Below, one piece after another: positions 36,166 through 47,640 of a stretch of DNA of 64,000 nucleotides. The notes beneath the pieces were generated by a model. The model made no database searches, was not told where the DNA came from, and saw only the letters and a program-made list of their open reading frames with translations. The DNA is taken from assembly GCA_013265495.1 (NCBI GenBank), contig MU060072.1:2548356-2612355 (forward strand). The letters run 5' to 3'. Within the stretch, counting starts at the first letter, position 1. Every line of letters begins with the position of its first letter. Source of the DNA: Vicugna vicugna (Eukaryota). The translations under genes and the position numbers were made by a program.

Positions 36166-37689
36166 TTCCCTCGTTAGCCCTGTGACATCAATTGAAGATG
36201 GACATGTTAAAGGGGAAAGATCACAAGGGCAGCCTGAAGCCATGCCCAGACCGGAGAAAGGTGCTTCCTGGTGTCTTGGTCAGCAGGGCGGGGCTTCCCC
36301 AGAGACCTATTGACTTAGGGATGGCCCTGCGCAGCTTTTCCAGCCCTTTACAAAGAAGGAGTGAGCCCTCCCAGTCTGCCCCTGCCTTGAAGTGGGATGT
36401 GTCAGAATATCCTTCAGAAAGGAAAGAAGAAAGAAACAAATCATCCAAGGAGGTAAAGAGGGCATAACTGGTGTAGCATGCAGCCCCTTCTATTATCAGG
36501 AATGTCACATTTGTAAGGTCAGTTTTAGGCAAAGGAGAGTCTGATGCCTAAATAGGGTGATTTAGATGCTGAAGAAGGACGCAGCTTCCCAAAGAAATGT
36601 TTACCCACTGATGCCCTGCTATTCATGATTTACACTTTCACATTTAGTCTGTATTTGTTCGGTCCTCTTTCAAAATGCAAATATGCCTGTGAGGGGTAAG
36701 AAATTAAATTCTTGCCCCCGGTGATGCCTGTGTTCCTCAGATCCCCTTTCCACATGATGAAATACACAAGCACATGGATGTCCTCGGGGAAGAATGAAAA
36801 ATAAAAGGGTGACAGGGGGCTCTGAAAGAAAAGCAGGGGGAAGGAGAACAAAAACCAGCGTCAAGATTCTACCAAACAGAAATGACTTGATTTGACTTTC
36901 CGTAGAACAGAAAGATCTACTGTGCTTACTATGTTGGGTGCTTTCAAGTACAATTACAGCATTGAGCCTCAGAGAGGTTCAGTGACTTGGCCAAGATCAC
37001 ACAGCTAACAAGGGGCAGTTGAGATGTGAACACATTTATCTCCAAACCCCATGATCTCGCCCCATCCCCTCTGCCTCTCTATATTCAACTACCTGCTCTT
37101 GCAACTCAGAGATGGCTGTGAGTCCCTATTTCTAAACCAGAATCTGTGCTCAACCATTCCTTTGCAAGACGTCGGGCTTATAAACGCTCCCCGCCTCATA
37201 TGTATTCCTCATCTCCCCCACCACTTCCAAGGCAGTCATGAGGATAAAACATGTGATTTTGTTTCTCTTCATAATTTCTCCTCCAGAGGGCTCTGGTCAC
37301 AGTCAGAAGCAGCAGGGGTTACACTGAAGCTTAAGGAAAAGCAAAACTATTAAACCACAGTCCATCCCTCTTCAACAACTCTGCCCAAACTTGCAGAGGA
37401 AACAATGATTCCTATTACAGCAGCAGTCCCCTGAGACACAACCAGCAGCCAAGAGCAAAACACCTGAGCCAACCCCTGCTTTTTCCCCCTCCTTACCAAT
37501 TCCCTGCATGCAAGCCTATCTCAGTGGGAAAGTATCTGCTCCAGAAGGGGAAGAGGTGAATGGGACATGAAACTGACTAAGCGGTCAGTGCCCAGAGACC
37601 TAAATAGAGTCCTGCCTCCATGGGGAAGTTACCCAAAACCTCAGGCTTCTACTCACAGAAGGAAAGATAGAGAATTGCTCATTCTTCAG

Positions 37690-38228
37690 CCCTGCTCTTC
37701 TCTTTTTGCTGATAGAGACCACTTCCCATCATAAAGGCTGAAAATACTAACCTCTCCTTTCCTAGCCTGCCCTACAGCTAGGACATCAGTATATCTTAAT
37801 TGTGTCCACGGAGAAATGAGGGGAAAGGTGTGTAAGTGGCTCCTGAGAAAAGTTTTCATCTCCAATAGAAAGATGTGTGCAAGAAGAAACTCGCCTTCTT
37901 GCTTTTGGTGGTTTCCTTTGGGGGTGATAATTAGGTTTATTTACTTATTTTAATTTTTTTAGACAGAGGCACTGGGAATTGAACCCAGGACCTTGTACAT
38001 GCTAAGCAAGTGTTTTACCACTGAGCTATACCCTCCCCCCTCCTTCTTGTTTTTGGAATTGAGTGATGCCCCAAGCATCCATCTTAGGATCATAAAGGGA
38101 GAGCCTGAGGAGCTAGCTAGCCAATGCAGAGAGGACAGCTGAGCGGAGGCACAGAGAGAACCTGGGCCTGGATGACATGATTGAATCTCTGATCCAGTTC
38201 TGGAACCACCTTGCCTCCAGACTTCTTG
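37690..38228 (+). mobile_element. MaLR LTR (MLT1J/K-like), interrupted by a SINE
   Basis: catccatcttaggatcataaaggg...gaacctgggcctggatgacatgattgaatc...gcctccagacttcttg matches the MLT1 3' region. Confidence 0.65.
37909..38041 (-). mobile_element. tRNA-Ala-derived camelid SINE (Vic-1 type) with TSD
   Basis: Minus strand GGGGAGGGTATAGCTCAGTGGTAAAACACTTGCTTAGCATGTACAAGGTCCTGGGTTCAATTCCCAGTG, tail AAATAAACCTAATTATCACCCC; 15-bp TSD ccttcttgcttttgg (37894-37908) and ccttcttgtttttgg (38042-38056). Confidence 0.9.
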
Positions 38229-38655
38229 TGTACTGGTTATCTATTGCTGTGTAACAAGCAGCCCTAAAGTTTAGCAATTTAAAATAACAAACATTATTTT
38301 GTAACTCCAGGGGATCGTGAATCTGAGAGTGGCAGAGGTGACTGACTCTGGCTCGGGGTCTTCCACAAGGCTACAGTCAAGGTGCTGGTCAGGGCTGCAG
38401 TCCTCTCAAGGCTCAAGTGGGGGAGGATCTGCTTCCAAACTCACCCACACGGCAGTTGCCAGCCTCAGAAGATCCTCTTCCAAGCTCACTAACATGGGTC
38501 ACACCACAGGGTTGCCTCACAACATGGCAGCTGACTTCTCCCAGAGAAGCAACAAAAGAGAGAGTGAGGGAGAGTACCCCATATGGAAGCCACAGTCTTT
38601 CGTTATCACCTAGTATTAAAAGTGGCGTCCTATTACTCCCTGCTATAGGACTTTT
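38229..38655 (-). mobile_element. MaLR LTR (MLT1 family)
   Basis: tgtactggttatctattgctgtgtaacaa is the reverse MLT1 3' end; cacaacatggcagctgacttc is an internal motif. Confidence 0.8.
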
Positions 38656-38664
38656 CTTTTATTG

Positions 38665-38892
38665 CAGGTGTTTTCAACCTTGGCACCACCGACATTTTGA
38701 GTGTTTTCAACCTTGGCACCTGGGTAATTCTTTGCTGGGAGGGCTATCCTGTGCTCTACAGGATGTTTAGCAATATCCCTGGCCTCTACTGGTGCCAGTA
38801 TTACCATCACCACCCCCAGTTAAAACAAAAAAAGTCATCAGACATTGTCCAATGTCCCACAGGAAACAGTCACCCCCAGATGAGAACCACTG
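38665..38892 (+). mobile_element. MER20 hAT-Charlie MITE
   Basis: ttttcaaccttggcacc...gacattttg...caggatgtttagcaatatccctggcctctac...tgagaaccactg. Confidence 0.85.
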
Positions 38893-39935
38893 ATTTATAA
38901 TGAGCCACAAAATCAAAAGGAGAGAATTACACAAAGGCATGAAGGACCAGCAGCAGGGATCTCGCAATTTGGAGCCTGCATACCACATCTTCCTTTACAC
39001 AATAATCACCTTCTTGAATGTTTAAGCCACTTAATGTTGATTCTTTGGTTATTTGAAGCCAAGAGCTCCCTAACTGATACAAAGGGACTAGCCACTTATT
39101 TTCTCTATTAATATACTGTGACTTTTCCCATTTTTCAGGAGTTCCAAGTAAAAAAATCAGCAAAGTAACATGCTTACCAATGAAATGACTCAACACTAGT
39201 ATCCTAGGAAAGTACCAATATCTTTCATTTTAGACCAACCAAATGCTCAACACCACCATACACACAATTCTACAGGAAAGCCATCAGCTGCCTCCATCTT
39301 GTGTATTTTCACTGCATGAAGAAGACCTGAAAGTCACAATAACAAGGACAATTTTTAAAATGCTACCACTTCAAGAAAGGAATGACCATATCATACCAGT
39401 CGGGATTTTTTTAAGCATTTAGTAAATGACATACGGTCAGGAAAAGACTGCTCCTGTTCTGTCTGGGTTTAGAGTTGAAATGGAGAAGAATGAGCCACCA
39501 TTCAGAAGACATAGGCATTGACTGGACAGCAAAGGAGAATGATGACCAGCTGATCCTGCAGCATCTTCTTTCATATTTGTGTCTGTTCACCACCACCCTC
39601 ATTTTTTGGGGTGCCTTCCAAGTTAAATACTCTTTAGGGACAAAGCAACTCTTGGGTTCTTCCTCCCCTCATTCCAGTTCTCTGGCTACCCTTACTGTTA
39701 TACCCTCAAACCTGAACTACATGAGTCTATTCAATTTACCAAGACCCCTGGTTTTCATCCCAGAGAGCCTTCAGGAGCTGTCTACTCTTCATGGTCTCCC
39801 AGGGGCAAAGAGCTCCTTTCTACCTTATGATGACCCTGGCTGGGTCTCTCAACCCCCAGGCTGTGAACAAATGGTCCTAAGGAAAGACCACATGGTGATT
39901 TTTATTAAAAACTAAGGGTCTTTTTATTGGCCTAN

Positions 39936-40084
39936 NNNNNNNNNNNNNNNNNNNNNNNNNNNNNNNNNNNNNNNNNNNNNNNNNNNNNNNNNNNNNNNNN
40001 NNNNNNNNNNNNNNNNNNNNNNNNNNNNNNNNNNNNNNNNNNNNNNNNNNNNNNNNNNNNNNNNNNTATTTCCAACACAAATAT
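39936..40084 (-). CDS. Inferred internal exon, 5' 18 nt visible
   Basis: Acceptor tttatttctaccattctaaaag|ATATTTGTGTTGGAAATA; mask 39935-40066; downstream N|taggcc fits G|TAGGC or GTRAG|T. A plus-strand reading of this one block is also possible. Confidence 0.45.
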
Positions 40085-40849
40085 CTTTTAGAATGGTAGA
40101 AATAAACCTTGGGGGGAAATAATATTATTGTAAAATGTGTTTTTTATGACACTGTAATGATTAATGGCATTTCACACTAATAAAGTTGACAGGAAGAGGA
40201 TGTGAAAGACTAACAAAAGTGCAAATACAAATTTCCTTTTACTATCACCAGTATTCTTCTACAAGAACAAGACATGCACTAACAGGATAAGAGGAACAGC
40301 TATTTTAAAAATCCAAAATAAATAAACAGTGGTAGACATCAACGGTATAGCAAACTGGATAGTAAATCCCATTTGATGGATTTCCCAGAGAGGTACTGAA
40401 AATACGGAAAATATTCCTTCCTCTTTTCAGTCACCGATCCTTTCTGCTGACCAAGACTTGTACCTAACAGCATGGAATCTCACTCTTTGAAGAAAAAGGC
40501 GTCCGAATCCAGACTTCCACCATCCATTACCTCGCTCCTTTTCCGCAAATCCATGCCTTACATCGCCTTTCTCATCCTCACCTGTGCTCTTCAAGAGCTC
40601 AGCCCTCCCACCCAAGACTGGCCCCTCCACCATTGCCCCCATCACCTCCAGCCACCTAGGGCCCTTTCTTTTCTTGACCTTGCCTGTATCTTATCGTCCC
40701 CTCTGCACCTTGTGTACCTTCTCCATGTAGAACATAACCTCATGTGACTGCATTTGTTAACTGCTACTTTATTTTGCTTCATTCTCTAACTCCTGGGTGA
40801 GTGATTTTCTCACCAGACATTCTTCAATCTGGGGACGAATCTGATAAGC

Positions 40850-41100
40850 GTCATCTACTTGAACTCACTACTTGGGGAGACTGACCACTGGGAATTCACT
40901 AATAGTATCTTTCCAGCCAAATCCCTGAGGTCTCTTCTCATTTCTTATTCTGCTTAACTTCCCAAGCCACTTGACATTGATCGCTGCTACCAGCAGCTTC
41001 TGAGTTCTCTCCCACCTCTCTGGCGCCTTCTTTACCTGCTTCCTTACTTCTCCTTTCTCCCTCCCAGCTTCTTTGGGCAACAGCCTGCAAAGCTCAGTCT
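40850..41100 (+). mobile_element. L2 ORF2-region fragment
   Basis: ctcttctcatttcttattctgcttaacttcccaagccacttgacattgatcgctgctacc resembles the L2 RT-region consensus. Confidence 0.5.
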
Positions 41101-41605
41101 TCAGTCTTCTGTTTCTCCCACTGAATCAGCCTCCCTAAGCCTCCACTTCCTTTTCTATTAAATGGAGATTATAGTAGTGTCTACCTCACTGAGTTGACTG
41201 AGAAAAAAATAACATAATTAATCCAAGTAGAGTGCTGAGCATAGAGCCACCCCAAAGTCAGTGTGATTTCTGATCAGGATTTCCTTGAGTGTGCATCCTG
41301 TTCTCATGCTGGAACATAAGCTCTAGGAGGGCAGGGACTTCGTTTTGCTCACTCCTGTATCTCTAGCTCACAGAATCATGCCTGCACAAAGTAGGCACTT
41401 AATAACTGTAACTAAGGGAGTGAAAGAACATTTCAAGTAATAACTCACTGCTGGTGATTCCCAAATACAGCCCCTTATTTCTGACTCTGTTGATTCTAAT
41501 TTTGAGACACAATTAATAAGACATTAGAGTCACAAGCTGCCTAAAATTTAATTCAATGTCTCTTTTCCTTCTGATTCCTCTTTGCTTTACTGGCATGTTC
41601 AATAG

Positions 41606-41975
41606 CGTAATGGAGCAGGACCCTAAGGGGCCTTCCCAGGACAGATCTTCCCCCATATCCTCGCTATAGCTCCTCTCTGAAGTACCCAGATAATAGTATC
41701 TCCTGCATCTGTCCTGAGATGCTAAAAAACCACCATCAAATGGAAGAAATTAAGTGTTTAATGATCATGAGCATGTAGCCTAAGGATTGAGCACCATCAA
41801 CCAATCAAAGAATTGTGCACAGCTGATCACATACCTGGGCCACTCCCCGACACCTCAGCTGACTTTTAAAAATGCTCAGCAGAAACCCTTTGGGGAGCTG
41901 GGGTTGGGGGTGGGGTTTGGGCACAAGCCAACTGTTCTCCTTGCTCAGCCCAGCAATAAATCTTTCTCTGCTCAA
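41606..41975 (+). mobile_element. ERV1-class LTR, 3'-truncated
   Basis: cgtaatggagcaggaccctaaggggcc start; CCAAT 41801-41805; tttaaaaa TATA-like motif; AATAAA 41955-41960. Confidence 0.7.
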
Positions 41976-42039
41976 AAAAAAGGTCCTCGTTTTTATTAAT
42001 TTGAAACAACCATTTCCACCATATCCTCCAGACAAAATT

Positions 42040-42430
42040 TTGGCTCACATGTTTCTCTCTCCTCCCCTCCTCTGCACCCCCACCATCTCATATATCCCAC
42101 TTGTCCTTCTTCTCTGCTGTCACTGCAATCTAGGTCTTTATTGCCCCCCTTTCTGTCTCTCAGATCATCACTGTGGCCTCCTATATGGTTTTCCTATCTC
42201 CAGTTCCCCTCAAGTCCTCCATCCAATTGCCAGATGAATCTCCCAGAAATGGGTACCCAGAGTTACTCTTTTGTTTAATTAGTTTGTCTCCTTTGCTCTT
42301 GCTAGCAAGTCCAAACCCCTGAGGCTGGTAAGACTGCCTATTTGAAATTCTCTCTCTCTCTCTCTTTCTCTCTCTCAGTATCTCTTAACGACATAGTGAA
42401 TTAACTTCTCCCCACCACTTCCTCATCTTG
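42040..42430 (+). mobile_element. L2 fragment containing a (TC)n run (42351-42377)
   Basis: ccatccaattgccagatgaatc...gcaagtccaaacccctgaggc. Confidence 0.55.
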
Positions 42431-42609
42431 GTTTTGTAGTGGACAAGAAGTCATGGGCAGCCCTTCTATGTCAATGTGTTTTTGATGGAAATGTTAAAGA
42501 GTTCTCCTTGAAGTTGGACTAGGATGGCACGGTGAGTAATAACCGTGGCTGCCATTCACGGGGCTCCTGCTCTCTCCCAGACATGGTGCTGAGCCCTGGA
42601 CACAGCCTG

Positions 42610-42780
42610 CAGTACTGCCCTTCATCCTCACAAACCCCAGGAGGTGGGGAGTGTCATCCCTCAGTAGGAGGATCCTTAGGCTCAGAGAGCTAAACAACTT
42701 GTCCCCAAACACACAGGAGAGCGGGCTTCTATCCCGACTCCAGCTGATCCCAAGGCCTGGGCACTTGAACATCCTGAATG
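42610..42780 (-). mobile_element. MIR SINE
   Basis: catcctcacaaaccccagg...aggctcagagagctaaacaacttgtcccca. Confidence 0.7.
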
Positions 42781-45342
42781 TTTAAGATGAACTCAGGGGC
42801 CAGGGTGCCTAGGGTAGAGACCAGTGAACATGAATAATTAATTAATTAATTAAAACAGAAAAGGAGCAGGAAGCAAGCAGTAAGTCAGAGAGAAACATCT
42901 GGCATGAAATCAGTGAAGAGTGGAGGAGCTGGAGAGAGAATTCATTGGAGAATGTGAGAAATGAAGACATAAGTGAATTTGAGGAGCAAATGGCTAGAGC
43001 AGCTGGAAGAAACTAACCAGGACTCCTGCAGACGCAGAACACAAAGGGTGATCACTTGGGCTGTTGGGCAGCAGCCCCCAGCACAGAAGACAGTGAGAGG
43101 ACCTGGCTTCTTCAGAGAAGAAAAAAATGGGTGAGGAAGAAGAAAGAAAAGGCAGGGAGACAGACCAAAAGGACTGAGATGGACAGACAGAAAGGACAGA
43201 CACAGGGCTGAATGACTAGACAGATATATGAGCACACAGGCTTCTCTAAGACTTACCTCCTACGCAGGGAGGGTCCCAAGGATTTGACCTCTATTCTCAC
43301 CTCTGCATAGAGGTGAACCCTGGGAGAAGACATTCTACCTCTCCAAGTGCAAAAGAGCCACTCAAAAAATACTCCCTGCCCTGAAAGAGGGAACTGCTGT
43401 GAGTTGCTCTGAATGCCCTGATTATGTCTGTTCAGGTCACTTTTGAGAAAGGAGGGGCTAAGAAGAGATTAGAGGTCAGGACTGCTGTCCACTCTTCTAA
43501 GGAAAATGTCAATTACAAATAAGCAGGTGGCCGAGACCTGATGTTCCGTCTCCTAGACATGCCCTTTCGCAGAGAAGCTTCAGAAATGTCACCCAGTCAT
43601 GCCTGCCTTGCTCCCTTACACAGGCGTCCCAACCTTTCTTCAAGGGCTAACTCAGGGGTTATAGCTTTCCTCCGTGCTTTCTAGAATGATCTTCTTCCTC
43701 AAGTACCCTCCCCTTGCTCAGAACTCAGGTGTTACAAGTCACCCTAAATATTTTTCTGATTGTCACAGGTACAAATGCCTTCTCTTTTGAATTTAAACCC
43801 AGATCTTGAGTATAGAAATTACATTTTCTCTTATTTCTTCCCTACGGCATTTTCTTAGAGAAGGCCTGGGCCAAAGCTGAGGCTACTTTTATGGTATGAA
43901 TGAGGAGACAGAGAAATACATCAATGCATGAAACTTTGAGAATAGAACTTGCCAGGCAGGAAACCTATGTAAGTGCCAGTTATTATTGTTATTATAGCTA
44001 TAGAGCCTTGCCTGGTACATAGTTGATGCTCAGAAAATATGACTTGAACGATGCTTTGTTGTCCATTAATACACAGGTAACGTCCCTAAAATGCATACTA
44101 TAGCTTCTCTGTGGAAGGCTTTAATTTTTATGAGCTTTCATTGCTAAAGTCTCTCTTTGGGAATCAATATTGCATATCTACTGCTACAAATTTTCTCCTC
44201 TAAAATAAATAGGAAGCAAGTCAGAAGTCTAGCTAGATCACAAATTAAAGAGTAAGTGACAATGAGCATAAACCAGCTAGGTTGCCACCAAGAGAAGCTA
44301 CTGAGGTCCAAACCTCCGCCCCCCTCCGCCCACCACCCCCAGACAAGCCTTCCGTAGACAGAGAATCATTGGCCTTTGAGGATTTCTAACAAGAGTCAGC
44401 ATTCCTATGGGTCTCTTCATCCATAGACACCAAATCACTGTGCAGTCAATTTTAATCTCTCCCTTTGAAGGATAAGAAACCAGGCAAAGGATTTCCTTTT
44501 ATTTTTTTTTCCCCCATGATCCCACAAAGATGCAATGACAAGGCATTAGATGCTCCCAGCTCTTTGGCACCAGCCATGTCTGTAACTCTGGGATGACGAC
44601 CACCAGGCTTTTTGAGGGTGGCAGCTCTAGCCACAAAGCCTACGCAGAAACACAGCACAACCCCAGGCCCCTCGTTCTCCCTGGGCCCCGCCTGCACCAG
44701 CAAGTGCCTGGGAAGGCTTCTGAGGAGGCAGTTTCATGGGCGACTGGCCATGCTGCGGTCAATCAGAGGCATCAATCACTGCTTTCAACCCAGCTGCCTC
44801 TCCAATTAATGCAAAGCTGTTTAGTTAGTGCCTTGAGAGTTGGGACTAAGCAGCAGCCTCAAAGAAAATTCTTTAAGGACCAAAGCAAAACCGCTTTCCT
44901 CATCATGAGACGCTTTTGTGTGTTTGTTTTCATTTTTTAAGTTTACTCAAAGAGGAAGAGGATCTTAATAATCTCCTTCCCTCCATCACAACTTTTAGAG
45001 ACATTTATTGGAAGCCAAACCTTTCTTGGCATTTGCCAATTGCTAAATAGAAGTTGTTTTTCCTGCCAAATATACCCTCTCTTTTTCAGTGTTTATAAAT
45101 AGATTATATATAAATAGGATGAGTTAATGTTGTTCATCTGATGAAATGGATTAAAATAGATGAACACAAAATTAAGGTAAAATAGGGTTCTATTGGAGTT
45201 TGTGGGAAAAGCATCAGAGAAAGCCTTGTGCTAGAATCCAGGGCACCAGACAGTGCAGAGAGAAACCTAACCTCATCCTGAAAGGACTGGTCTTGACTTG
45301 ACCAGCAAGATTCATAGAAGTAGCTGAGATAGGGCCCCCACA

Positions 45343-45528
45343 TAGGGTTGCCAGATTTAGAAAATAAAAATACAGAATGTCCAGTTGAAAGCAAGTGTCA
45401 AATTAATAACAAATAATTTTTTGTATGTTATGTCCCAAATATTGCATGGGACATATTTATACTAAAAAATTATTCATTGTTTATCTGAAAGTTAAATTAA
45501 TTGTCCTGTATTTTATCTGTCACCCCTA
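45343..45528. mobile_element. MER53 palindromic hAT MITE
   Basis: tagggttgccagatttag...ttatctgtcaccccta termini; central stem tatgtccca (45429-45437) / tgggacata (45447-45455). Confidence 0.88.
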
Positions 45529-45789
45529 GCCCACAAAGAATGTAAGTGGATCCTGAGAAGACAAGGAGTTAACTCCCGCTGGCAAACACTCAAAGGCCAG
45601 ACGCTTCGTCTAAATCAATTAGGTTGGCAAAAAATGTGCTTGAATTATTCACAAATTCAGGACCTAGCAGCCTTCAAGAAACGTGGTCGGTGGCGTCACC
45701 ATTGTGAACTTTACCACTTCAGCAGTCCTAGCTGTGTGGACCTGTGATACACGCTTTAGAGTAGTAACCCACTCATATTTCAAACAGAA

Positions 45790-45990
45790 AATACTGTTAT
45801 CACCAAAAGCACCTCGATGTTTGTGCGAGGCCTCTGTGCTAGGCTTTTATAACTCTAACTCATTGAATCCTCACATCTCTGTGAAGCTTGTATTATTTAT
45901 CACTTGGCAAGTTGCAGAAACCTGCCCAGGGTCACAAAGCTGGTAAACGGAGGTGTCAGGATGGACATCACGATCTGTCCTACCCCCAAG
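45790..45990 (-). mobile_element. MIR SINE
   Basis: ctcattgaatcctcacatctctgtgaag...acctgcccagggtcacaaagctggtaaacggagg. Confidence 0.75.
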
Positions 45991-46967
45991 CACATGTCAT
46001 CCTATCTCACCATTCAAATCAATGCATTATTTTTTTTTCAATTGTAAATGGACAATGTGTGGAGGACTGTCTTAGATACTGTGGATTGATTCTGGTTGAT
46101 AGCAGGGGAACAAGACAAAAGACAAGGGACTTGAATATTAAGAAGACAAGACAAATGCATAGAAGTACAATAAATAAAAGACAGTAAAGAAGTGTCAGTG
46201 ACTCTCACTTGGAACTAGAAAGAGTTCTGGGCATCAAATCAATATTACTAACAGTGAGCATCATTTAATAAACACCTGCTAAATCCCAGGCACAAGGTTG
46301 GCATTACAACCTTACTAGTACAAATGGGGAAGTGAGGCGGAGGCTAGATAGCTTTCCCAGAGATGCCAAGTACTAGAGCTAGAAGAATTAAACCCACATC
46401 CCTATGATCCCTCTCCCAAAAAGCCCAAACTCTGAATCACTAGGCTGTGATGCTTTGATACAATTCTTCTCAGAAATGTACTTTTAAAAGCCTCTCCTTT
46501 CTGCCCATGACTTCTTACAGCCTTCAGCTCACTTCAAAACACAAACACACAATTTACTTTCACGGGACATCATGGGATGTAAATGCTTCATAAAAGCCAA
46601 TGAATAGATGTCGATCATCCATGTGTAATCTTTGTGCCTAGAAGAAAAGGGCCACTGCAAAAAGAGATTTGTTGCCGTAAGGTCAGGAAAAGCCCACCTC
46701 AAGAGTTTGCTTCCATCCCAGAAGTCAGAAAATAACACCTGGATCTCATCATGAGATTTGAGGGAAGTAAAGGAAGTGAGAACCCCTCATATTTTGATTT
46801 AATTCAATCACCATCGAATGAGTATACCATTTCCACATGGGGAAAAAAGTGGCCAAAACAGCCTAGTTTGCCTGTGTCCAAGGCCTCTACTACTCTGTGC
46901 CAAGAGACAAGGAGACAAAGAGAAACGTGTCACTGAGACGTAACCATTCTCCTCTCAGCTATGCTCT

Positions 46968-47260
46968 GTCTGGGTCAATCAGAGTTCTTTGGTTGCAAGC
47001 AACAGAAACTGCCTTTGGCCAATGCAAGCCCAAATAATTTTCACAAAGAAGAGAATAAGAGTTCCTACCGTGACTCTTGGGACCAACTGAAAGACTGTGA
47101 GTCAGGGTTCAGAAGAAAACAGAGGATCTAAATAGCAGAAATTAATAGATTCTCATACCAACCACCTCCATGGAGACATTATTTTAGCTGCAGTTACAGT
47201 CAATATTCCAATTCCTGAGAGAGAGAAAAAGTAAAATTCACATGCTCTTATCAAGAAGAA
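46968..47260 (-). mobile_element. Old MaLR LTR (MLT1 family)
   Basis: gtcaatcagagttctttggttgcaagcaacagaaac is the reverse 3' end of old MLT1 subfamilies. Confidence 0.65.
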
Positions 47261-47389
47261 AAGGGGATTGTACTCCAAATAAATAAATAAATAAATAAAA
47301 TAATTTTTCATTTAAAACCTTTTTTTAAAGGGGGTGAGTCAGGGAAAAGATATGCTTTGGGAAGCAAAAACATTAAATGGTTACAAAAA

Positions 47390-47640
47390 TATCGTAGAGT
47401 GGCTTCAAGCTCAGACACTGAAATCAGACTTCCAAAGTAAGCATCCTGGCTCTGAGGCTTACTGTGCAGCCTTGAATAAGTTGTTTAACCACTTGGGGCT
47501 TCTGTTTCCTTGACTGCAGAGTGGAAATGATGCTAGTACACATCTCATTTAGTTGTGAGGTTTCAAGAAGTTAATCCAGGTAAACTATTTAGAACACTGT
47601 TTACTATGCTACAGGTAATCAGCACATGCTGGTCACCATT
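47390..47640 (+). mobile_element. MIR SINE
   Basis: catcctggctctgaggcttactgtgcagccttgaataagttgtttaaccacttggggcttctgtttcc. Confidence 0.7.
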
